Positions 56,509 through 64,000 of a DNA stretch of 64,000 bases are shown here, one piece after another. Origin of the DNA: Candidatus Magasanikbacteria bacterium RIFCSPHIGHO2_01_FULL_41_23. GTDB lineage: Bacteria; Patescibacteriota; Patescibacteriia; Magasanikbacterales; UBA922. Where the stretch lies: positions 13,162-77,161 of the forward strand of contig MFPT01000008.1 in the NCBI GenBank assembly GCA_001782805.1. Reading direction: 5' to 3'. A program made the position numbers and the translations under genes. The notes under the pieces are model-generated. The model searched no databases, had not been told where the DNA came from, and saw only the letters and a program-made list of their open reading frames with translations. Every line of letters begins with the position of its first letter. Position 1 is the stretch's first letter.

Positions 56509-58293
56509 ATGTGTGGAGTAAATGGTTTTAATTTCAGAGATGAAAATTTGGTTCAGAAAATGGACCAGGTTACGGCACATCGCGGTCCAGATCAAAGTGC
56601 TTTTTGGTGTGATGAAAAAATTTCCTTGGGTCATAATCGTTTGGCAATTATTGATTTGTCCCCGCGTGGTGTTCAGCCCATGTGGGATGCGGCGCATGAA
56701 GTCGTGATTGTCTTTAACGGTGAAATTTATAATTATCAAGAATTGCGTAGTGAATTGGAAGTTGAATACCAGTTTAATTCCCAGAGCGACACGGAAGTTA
56801 TTTTGAATGCCTATAAAAAATATGGCGCCGAATGCCTGAATAAATTCAATGGCATTTTTGCATTTGCGATTTGGGATACGCGCACCGAGGAATTATTTTT
56901 GACGCGCGACAGAATGGGCGTGAAGCCGTTATATTATTTTTTTGATGGTGCACGCTTTATTTTTTCTTCAGAAATTAAAGGGATTTTGGAGCATGTTGTG
57001 TCGCGCGAAGTTGATCGGCAAGCGTTTAATCTTTTTTTTCAATTGCTGTATGTGCCAGAGCCATTGACGATGTTCAAAAATATTTTGAAATTGCCGGCCG
57101 CGCATTACGCGATTTTAAAAGAAAATAAATTGGAAATAAAAAAATATTGGGACAGCGCACCCGATTTTTTACCCTGCCCTAAAAAATCATATCAACAAAC
57201 AGTGGCTGAAATTCGGGAAACTTTTCGCGATAGCGTGAAACATCAGCTGATTTCTGATCGGCCAGTGGGAATTTTTTTGAGCGGGGGATTGGATTCGACT
57301 GCTGTGCTGGGCGCGGCTGTGGAATTCCATTCCGGACCGATTAAAACTTTTTCTGTTGGGTTCAAAGATAGTATTGATCCAAAAAAATTTAATGCTGATT
57401 TTGATTTGGCGCGACAAACTGCGGCGTATTATAAAACCGATCATCATGAATTACTCGTTGGGCCAAATGATATTTGGAATGAGATTGAACAGATTGTTTG
57501 GCATTTGGACGAACCGAATTTCAATCCTACGGCTGGAGCCATTTATTTATTATCAAAATATGCGAAGCAGTCAGTGGCTGTCGTTCTTGGCGGTGATGGA
57601 GCTGATGAATTGTTTGGTGGTTATCCGCGCTATTATTATAGCCGCTTGATGGGTTTATTTTTATTTGATGAAAAGCGCGTGTTGCGTTTTTTGGCGCAGA
57701 AATCCGATCACTTAGAAAAAATTATTTCAGCAAATATCTATCATCCTACGCAAGCCGCGGAGAATTTGCAACAGCGTTATTTTATTAATGCCAAAAATCG
57801 TCCTTGTGATTTTGAAAATTATTTTATGCGTATTGACCGCGAAGGCTGGCTGGCAGATGAGTCGCTTTTGCGCAGTGATAAAATGACCATGGCCAATGGT
57901 GTGGAAGCCCGCGTGCCGATTTTGGATTATCGACTGGTAAAATTAAGTGAAACAATTCCCGTGAAGTGGAAATTTAATTTGTGGCAGAATCCGAAAAATT
58001 TTCAAGGCAAGAAAATTTGGAAAGAGGCGATAAAGTCATATTTGCCTGAGCATGTCTTGAATCAACAAAAACGTGGTTGGTTTACGCCCATGGCCAAATG
58101 GCTACGTGGTGAATTGCGCGCGCCGGTGTATGAAATTTTACAACAAGCCAAACAAAATATCACGCACTTTAATCCGGAAGGAATTGAGGAAATGTGGCAA
58201 AAACATTTGACCGGCCAAGTCTATAATCTGAACAGTATATGGGCAATCGTGATGTGGCAGCTGTGGTATAATAAATTTTTTAAAAAAATGTAA
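56509..58293 (+). CDS. asnB: Asparagine synthase (glutamine-hydrolysing)-like amidotransferase, probably glycan amidation
   Basis: MCG start, HRGPD, RLAIID, FNGEIYN, LSGGLDS, GDGADELFGGY. Confidence 0.92.
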   Translation: MCGVNGFNFRDENLVQKMDQVTAHRGPDQSAFWCDEKISLGHNRLAIIDLSPRGVQPMWDAAHEVVIVFNGEIYNYQELRSELEVEYQFNSQSDTEVILNAYKKYGAECLNKFNGIFAFAIWDTRTEELFLTRDRMGVKPLYYFFDGARFIFSSEIKGILEHVVSREVDRQAFNLFFQLLYVPEPLTMFKNILKLPAAHYAILKENKLEIKKYWDSAPDFLPCPKKSYQQTVAEIRETFRDSVKHQLISDRPVGIFLSGGLDSTAVLGAAVEFHSGPIKTFSVGFKDSIDPKKFNADFDLARQTAAYYKTDHHELLVGPNDIWNEIEQIVWHLDEPNFNPTAGAIYLLSKYAKQSVAVVLGGDGADELFGGYPRYYYSRLMGLFLFDEKRVLRFLAQKSDHLEKIISANIYHPTQAAENLQQRYFINAKNRPCDFENYFMRIDREGWLADESLLRSDKMTMANGVEARVPILDYRLVKLSETIPVKWKFNLWQNPKNFQGKKIWKEAIKSYLPEHVLNQQKRGWFTPMAKWLRGELRAPVYEILQQAKQNITHFNPEGIEEMWQKHLTGQVYNLNSIWAIVMWQLWYNKFFKKM

Positions 58294-58294
58294 T

Positions 58295-58930
58295 ATGCGA
58301 GAATTATTTACTGAATTGTGGCGGGGGAAAGATGTCTACCGAATCTTGATGAATACTGAATGTCGTCGATTTTTTTTGCGCGGTTTGACGGTGGATGTGG
58401 GGAGTGGAAAAAATTTGGCCAGCTATCATCGGTTTTTTCAGTGTACGTCTGAAACAGAAATAAAATGTTTGGATTTGGCACTGGGAAATATTGATTTGGA
58501 GACTGACGCCCTGCCGTACACGGACAATTCCATTGATACGATTTTGGTAATGAATTTATTGGAGCATATTTATAATTTTAAACAGGTGATTTCTGAATCG
58601 CACCGCACTATAAAATCCGACGGACAGGTTATTGGCGTGGTGCCATTTCTGGTAGCCTATCATCCTGATCCACATGATTATTGGCGCTACAGCGAAGAGA
58701 CTTTGAAAAATATTTTTACTGCGGCTGGATTTTCTTCAATTGAAATCAAACCGTTTGGCCGTGGAGTGGGAATCGCCGCTTATTCTCAAATTGAAATTAT
58801 TTTGCCGAAAATTATTAAGATGATACTCCTGCCATTAGTTTTTGGTTTTGACGCTGGGGTTGGTCGGCTCTGTAAGCGATCGAGCGTGCGTCATTATCCA
58901 TTGGGATATTTTTTTGTCGCGAAAAAATAA
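58295..58930 (+). CDS. Class I SAM methyltransferase (type 11)
   Basis: DVGSG, LLEH, HPDPHDYWRY. Confidence 0.85.
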   Translation: MRELFTELWRGKDVYRILMNTECRRFFLRGLTVDVGSGKNLASYHRFFQCTSETEIKCLDLALGNIDLETDALPYTDNSIDTILVMNLLEHIYNFKQVISESHRTIKSDGQVIGVVPFLVAYHPDPHDYWRYSEETLKNIFTAAGFSSIEIKPFGRGVGIAAYSQIEIILPKIIKMILLPLVFGFDAGVGRLCKRSSVRHYPLGYFFVAKK

Positions 58931-58938
58931 AAGAAAAT

Positions 58939-60069
58939 ATGAAAATTATTTATTGTGTCACGGTTCGTCTGCCCACGGAAAAAGCGCATGGTTTGCAAAT
59001 CATGAAAACTAACGCGGCTTTGGTTCAATCTGGGGCAAAAGTCGAGCTGGTGATTCCTGATCGGACTAATCCGATTACGGTTGATCCGTTTGTGTTTTAT
59101 GGTGTGGAAAAAACTTTTTCAATCACGAAACTAAAGTGTCCTGATTTGATTACGAATAATCGTCTGGGTTTGGTTGGGTATTGGTTGCAAAGTTATTTAT
59201 TTGTCCGAGCTATTCGTCGGCACTGCGATTTTAAAAATATTATTTTGTATACTCGTGATTTGCCTTTGGCATTTTGGTTTACCAAGATTAACGCGCCGTT
59301 GTTTTATGAGATTCATAGTTTGCCGAAAAATATAACATTCGTGCATCGGCGCGCATGGAGGAAGGCACGGGGGATTATTGTGATTAGTGATGGGCTACGC
59401 GCTGAATTAATCGCGGCTGGCATGGCATCGGAAAAAATTATTGTAGTGCGCGATAGCGTAGATGTGGCGCAATTTCAAAATGTCCCGAGCAAAAATGACT
59501 GTCGTGATCAATTGGGAATTCCGCTTGATCAAAAAGTCGCCGTCTATACCGGGCATTTGTATGGTTGGAAAGGTGCGGATACTTTGGCACGCGCGGGAAA
59601 ACTGTTGGCGGGGGAAAATATCCACACCTATGTGGTCGGCGGAACTGACGCGGAAATTGTTACATTTCGCGCCGAATTTTCTTCACGATTTGTGCATGTG
59701 ATTGGTCGGCGTGATCATAACGAGATGCCGCGCTGGCTGGCGGCCGCGGATGTGCTGGTTATTCCGAACAGCGCGAAATATAAAATCGGCGCGGTGTACA
59801 CTTCACCCCTGAAATTATTTGAATACATGGCAGCCGGCCGGCCAATTGTGGCCACTGCAGTGCCGGCCTTGCGCGAAGTGTTGGGAGAGAACGCGATTTT
59901 TGCTGAGGCTGATAATCCTGATTCAATCGCTGCTGCCATACAAAAAACTTTTGACAATTATTCGGTTTTGGAAAATCAAGCAAAAAAAATAGCCGAAACC
60001 GTGGCCACAAAATATAGCTGGGAACGGCGCGGAGAATTGATTATTAATTTTATGAAACAACATGTTTAA
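58939..60069 (+). CDS. Glycosyltransferase family 4
   Basis: EKAHGLQI, YTGHL..WKG, SPLKLFEYMAAG. Confidence 0.92.
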   Translation: MKIIYCVTVRLPTEKAHGLQIMKTNAALVQSGAKVELVIPDRTNPITVDPFVFYGVEKTFSITKLKCPDLITNNRLGLVGYWLQSYLFVRAIRRHCDFKNIILYTRDLPLAFWFTKINAPLFYEIHSLPKNITFVHRRAWRKARGIIVISDGLRAELIAAGMASEKIIVVRDSVDVAQFQNVPSKNDCRDQLGIPLDQKVAVYTGHLYGWKGADTLARAGKLLAGENIHTYVVGGTDAEIVTFRAEFSSRFVHVIGRRDHNEMPRWLAAADVLVIPNSAKYKIGAVYTSPLKLFEYMAAGRPIVATAVPALREVLGENAIFAEADNPDSIAAAIQKTFDNYSVLENQAKKIAETVATKYSWERRGELIINFMKQHV

Positions 60070-61555
60070 TTCTATTTGGCTAATGACACTTATCGCTAGG
60101 GTGACTGGACAAGCGTATACCCCGTTGTGGGGGGAAAAAATACCGTTTATACTTTTGGGTTTAGGGTGTTTCAGTTTTTTTATTGTTGCGTTTACTTTGG
60201 CGTACCTGCGATATTTTCGTGAAGATAAATCATGGCGAAAGTTATTTTTTATCACGTCCAGCTTTACTATGGCTGTAGTCGTGGCTAAATATACTGTCTA
60301 TCATTTTGTGAAGGGGTATATACCCGATCGGCTATTACTGTATGCCTTACCATCGCCTCGGGTTGAAAATTTTTTCTGGTTTTTATTACCAATAATTGTT
60401 TTTGGTATTTTTCTGTATTATCGTGAACGTATTGAAAAATTGCCAATTAATAAATTTTTAATAACACTTTGGTTTACCCTAGTGTTATTTTCTTTAAGTG
60501 TGGCTGCAATTCGGAATGGAATTTTTAGTATTTACGAACCGTTCACGCGTACTTACTGGGAGTATACGGGGAATCTGCCGTTCGTTAAGAGTGTTCCTGA
60601 TTTTTTACATAATTACATTATATTACAACCAAAACTTGCACAACACAGTATCACCCATCCTCCTGGTTATACGATTACCCTGTATCTTTTTCAAAAATAT
60701 TTTCACGCTAATCTTTTTGGACTATCGGTTCTGGTGGTGATATTGGGTACATCCGTAATTTTTCCTTTATATTTTTTTCTGAAAAATTTTTTATCCGAAA
60801 AAGATCTTCGACGCGGCTTACAACTTTTTATATTTCTACCAAGTGTAGTTTTGCTCGGAGCAACTTCAATGGAGTTTACGCTACTATTTTTTACGTGGCT
60901 TACCATATATGTCTTATATGCAGGTTGGCAACGCAGTAATTTGATTTCGTTCGTCGGTGGTTTATTAGTAGGGCTCACGTTATTCCAAAATTTTTTGGTC
61001 TTGCTTCTTACCCCGTTATTTTTGGCCTTGCTTCTCCATGTTTATGGTAAAATACAACCAAAGGATCGAAAGTATTTTTGGCTACGTTTAGGATACTCAA
61101 TTATAGGTTTTTTAATATTTTTTAGTGTTCTGCAAATGGAATTTGGTTATTCGATTATCACCAATTTTCTAATTGGTCGACAAGCTAATGCTGAAGTAGT
61201 GGAAAGTAATTGGCGATCAGTTGGCACCTACGGGACATATTTGATCATGAACATTCTAGCTTTTTTTATCTATCTGGGTGTGATTCATATTCCATGGATA
61301 ATTCGTTATTTTAAATCATTTTTTAATCGGCATAATATTTGGCTTAGTTTGGGCTTTTTAATCGTTTTATTTTTTTTACTTATTGGTGTTTTTCAGGGAG
61401 AAATCGAACGACTCTGGCTTTTTATCACACCTTTGTTTATTATACCACTAAGTTCACTGTATCGTGATGTTGAAGGACGCCAGTTTTCAGGGATTTTAGC
61501 TTTACTTTTTTTTCAAATTTTTATAACCCAAATTCTTTTTTATACCTATTGGTAA
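60062..61555 (+). CDS. Polytopic membrane protein, GT-C-like
   Basis: THPPG, GEIERLWLF, about 12 TM segments. Confidence 0.65.
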   Translation: MFNSIWLMTLIARVTGQAYTPLWGEKIPFILLGLGCFSFFIVAFTLAYLRYFREDKSWRKLFFITSSFTMAVVVAKYTVYHFVKGYIPDRLLLYALPSPRVENFFWFLLPIIVFGIFLYYRERIEKLPINKFLITLWFTLVLFSLSVAAIRNGIFSIYEPFTRTYWEYTGNLPFVKSVPDFLHNYIILQPKLAQHSITHPPGYTITLYLFQKYFHANLFGLSVLVVILGTSVIFPLYFFLKNFLSEKDLRRGLQLFIFLPSVVLLGATSMEFTLLFFTWLTIYVLYAGWQRSNLISFVGGLLVGLTLFQNFLVLLLTPLFLALLLHVYGKIQPKDRKYFWLRLGYSIIGFLIFFSVLQMEFGYSIITNFLIGRQANAEVVESNWRSVGTYGTYLIMNILAFFIYLGVIHIPWIIRYFKSFFNRHNIWLSLGFLIVLFFLLIGVFQGEIERLWLFITPLFIIPLSSLYRDVEGRQFSGILALLFFQIFITQILFYTYW

Positions 61556-61560
61556 TTAGT

Positions 61561-62295
61561 ATGGCCTCATTCAATCAATATCAATTCGATGATTTATTAG
61601 TCCGAGATGAAGATGTGTATGCTCAAACCAAGTATGAAATGATTCTGGCAGTGCTCAAAGATAGTGGAATATTGACTATCCTGAATGCTGGTTGCGGTTC
61701 GGGAGAATTATCTTTTCTCTTGGCCGCGGCCGGGCATAAGGTCGTTGGGATTGACCCCTCTTTCGAATATATTGCTTTGGCTGAAAAACGTTGTCCGAAT
61801 CAGCTGTCGGCTCAGTGCAATTTTTTAGTTAGTTCAATTGAAACATTACCAATCACTGAACAGTACGATTGTATTATTGCCACCGATGTCCTAGAGCATA
61901 TTGAAGATCATGTAACGGCTATCCAAAAGCTTGTCCGTCTCATCAAACCGGGTGGAACATTAATTATTACCGTACCGGCTCTCGCGTTTTTGTTCGGGTA
62001 CCATGATGAATTATTGGGTCATTATCGTCGGTATAATCGGGCAAACTTGAATTTTTTAATCAAAAAAAATAATGATATAACCGTTTCTTCTATTCGTTAT
62101 TTTGGTTTCACATTAATTCCAATTTGTTATTTATATAGCAAAATACTTCGTCGGCCATATCCGGTTGCCCCAAAAAATTTAGGAATTATGGCTACTATCC
62201 GCCAACGTATCATCATGTTTATTTTGAGGCTCGATCGCCATCTCCCTATCCCGCTGGGGATCAGTTTATTGGCTATTGGCCGCAAAAATTTTTAA
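61561..62295 (+). CDS. Class I SAM methyltransferase
   Basis: AGCGSG, DVLEHI, KPGG, HDELLGHYRRY. Confidence 0.9.
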   Translation: MASFNQYQFDDLLVRDEDVYAQTKYEMILAVLKDSGILTILNAGCGSGELSFLLAAAGHKVVGIDPSFEYIALAEKRCPNQLSAQCNFLVSSIETLPITEQYDCIIATDVLEHIEDHVTAIQKLVRLIKPGGTLIITVPALAFLFGYHDELLGHYRRYNRANLNFLIKKNNDITVSSIRYFGFTLIPICYLYSKILRRPYPVAPKNLGIMATIRQRIIMFILRLDRHLPIPLGISLLAIGRKNF

Positions 62296-62307
62296 ACAAT
62301 ATTTGGG

Positions 62308-62335
62308 TTGACAATTAAGCCTTTCTTGCTATAAT
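62308..62335 (+). promoter_or_regulatory. Sigma70 promoter
   Basis: TTGACA-16 nt-TATAAT with TGn extension. Confidence 0.75.
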
Positions 62336-62360
62336 TCTAGCAATCAATCTTCAAGTTTCT

Positions 62361-63287
62361 ATGATTTCAATAGTCATTCCCGTCTACAATGAAGAGGATA
62401 ATGTCGCTCTTCTCCATAATAAAATTGTCGCTGTGTGCACTAATTTATCCGAAGAATACGAGATAATTTTTGTCGATGACGGTTCTACTGATCAAACAAT
62501 TAAAAAACTTAAAGAATTGCCCAAAGTTAAAATTGTGGTCTTGGCCATGGACTTTGGTCAGACATCGGCGCTTGACGCGGGGATTCATGATGCCAAAGGA
62601 GACATAATTATTACCATGGATGGTGATTTGCAGAATGATCCCGCTGACATTCCCAATTTGATTGCCAAAATTAACGAAGGCTACGATGTTGTCTCTGGCT
62701 GGCGACAGATGCGAGATGATTCATTTGGACGACGGGTTCTTTCACGATTGGCCAATTGGCTCACCGCACGAATGACCGGTCTATATTTGCATGATTCTGC
62801 CTGTGCACTCAAAGCCTATCGTCGTGAAGTAATTACACAAGTTCATTTATACGGTGAAATGCATGTTTTTCTGCCAGCGTATTTATACGGTCGCGGAGCA
62901 AAAGTTGCAGAAATTCCCGTTCGACATTACGCGCGACAATTTGGTCTTTCCAAACATTATTTTATGAAGGCGGTCAAAGATATTTTTGATCTCCTGACCA
63001 TTAAATTTTTGGCGACCATGACTGGTCGCCCGCTTTTATTTTTTGGTGGTACTGGTTTAGTAGCTTTTTTGATTGGTATTCTGATTAGCGCAGTGGCGGT
63101 GTATCTGAAAATAATAGGTTTAAGAAATTTCGGACAGACACCCCTGCCAATTTTGTCAGTATTTTTTATTTTGTCGGGCATACTGTTTTTTATGTTAGGA
63201 TTTTTGGCTGAGTTGATTCTAAGAGTTTATTTCGAAACCAGTAAACGAACTCCGTATATTATTCGTGAACGGATTGAAAATAAATAA
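62361..63287 (+). CDS. GT2, ArnC/GtrB-like undecaprenyl-phosphate glycosyltransferase
   Basis: PVYNEE, DDGSTD, MDGDLQNDP, two C-terminal TM helices. Confidence 0.92.
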   Translation: MISIVIPVYNEEDNVALLHNKIVAVCTNLSEEYEIIFVDDGSTDQTIKKLKELPKVKIVVLAMDFGQTSALDAGIHDAKGDIIITMDGDLQNDPADIPNLIAKINEGYDVVSGWRQMRDDSFGRRVLSRLANWLTARMTGLYLHDSACALKAYRREVITQVHLYGEMHVFLPAYLYGRGAKVAEIPVRHYARQFGLSKHYFMKAVKDIFDLLTIKFLATMTGRPLLFFGGTGLVAFLIGILISAVAVYLKIIGLRNFGQTPLPILSVFFILSGILFFMLGFLAELILRVYFETSKRTPYIIRERIENK

Positions 63288-63293
63288 TTGTAT

Positions 63294-63968
63294 ATGCAGG
63301 TTATTATTATTGCTGCGGGTGAAGGAATTCGGATGCGTCCTCTAACACTTACTCTTCCTAAACCATTAGTTAGTGTTGGTAATAAGACTTTACTCGATCA
63401 TATTTTTTTAGCATTACCTGACGAAGTTACTGAAGCGGTAATTGTGGTTCGTTATTTGGCAAACAAAATTAAAAATTATTGTGGTGTTACATTTCATGGT
63501 CGTTCGATTATCTATGCCGAAGGCTCATCGCTCGGTAGTGCCTATAGTTTCTTAGCGGCTCAGCCGTTTATAATCGAGGATCGTTTTCTTTTTATTAATG
63601 GCGATGAATTTCCTGATCCGGAAGATATTAAAAATTGTTTATCTTACCCGGTTAGTATTTTATGTTTTAGACCTAATGATCCTTGGAACCATGGTGTTGT
63701 CACGCTTCGGCCTGATGGAACCGTTGAACAAATTACAGAAAAACCTGTTCAGCCCAAAAGTAACCTAGCTTCATTGGGTGTGCTTGTACTTTCCAAAAAA
63801 ATTTTTTCCTATGTCCCTGAAAAAAATGACACAACTGAATTTTTTTTTACTAGTCTTGTTAATCAGTTTCTTCGTGATGAAGACGTTGTGGCCGTAGAAT
63901 CAAAACGTGGTATTGGAGGAATTTCTACAGTGGCTGATGTGGAAAAACTTAATAATTTACTTTTATGA
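63294..63968 (+). CDS. Sugar-phosphate nucleotidyltransferase
   Basis: AAGEGIRMRPLT..PKPL, NGD, EKP. Confidence 0.9.
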   Translation: MQVIIIAAGEGIRMRPLTLTLPKPLVSVGNKTLLDHIFLALPDEVTEAVIVVRYLANKIKNYCGVTFHGRSIIYAEGSSLGSAYSFLAAQPFIIEDRFLFINGDEFPDPEDIKNCLSYPVSILCFRPNDPWNHGVVTLRPDGTVEQITEKPVQPKSNLASLGVLVLSKKIFSYVPEKNDTTEFFFTSLVNQFLRDEDVVAVESKRGIGGISTVADVEKLNNLLL

Positions 63969-64000
63969 TCTTTACTCGTACACCGTTTAGATTGCCGTTG
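63965..64000 (+). CDS. Start of a probable GHMP sugar kinase (HddA-like), truncated by the window
   Basis: ATGA overlap; MIFTRTPFRLPL matches the usual N-terminus of this family. Confidence 0.55.
   Translation, partial: MIFTRTPFRLPL

Noticed and set aside
1-64000. Alternative genetic code (UGA = Gly, as in some CPR lineages)
   Set aside because: Conserved genes are full-length under code 11 and several end in TGA, including ATGA overlaps

Overview
AT-rich bacterial DNA read with the standard code. Gene content (S-layer-like giant protein, ECF sigma + DUF5667-type partner, AAA_14/DUF4143 ATPase, mostly SD-less starts) suggests Patescibacteria/CPR, Magasanikbacteria/Uhrbacteria-like; this is inference. 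Layout: (1) 2.1-9.3 kb: four very GC-rich genes for secreted or membrane proteins (two myxobacterial-style Cys-rich lipoproteins, a beta-barrel-like protein, a Zn-ribbon/TM/coiled-coil protein). They are separated by AT-rich spacers and carry Shine-Dalgarno sites, structured UTRs, a ~133-nt leader RNA motif shared by two of them, and a common post-stop CCCACC + hairpin signature. A fifth, less GC-rich member lies at 23.7-24.7 kb, and an atypical tRNA sits inside the block. (2) 9.4-18 kb: ATPase, glycan genes, RelE-type TA pair. (3) 18.1-23.6 kb: response regulator, an unannotated 36-aa Trp-tailed peptide, histidine kinase, fused terpene cyclase/prenyltransferase and polyprenyl synthase, resembling a ComQXPA-like isoprenylated-peptide quorum-sensing system. 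(4) 24.8-35.8 kb: HTH, ECF sigma/anti-sigma, S-layer-like, TPR and O-antigen-ligase-like genes. (5) 35.8-64 kb: a large surface-glycan biosynthesis cluster. REP-like elements, some nested, are inserted in frame in several genes. All calls come from reading motifs by eye; no searches were run.
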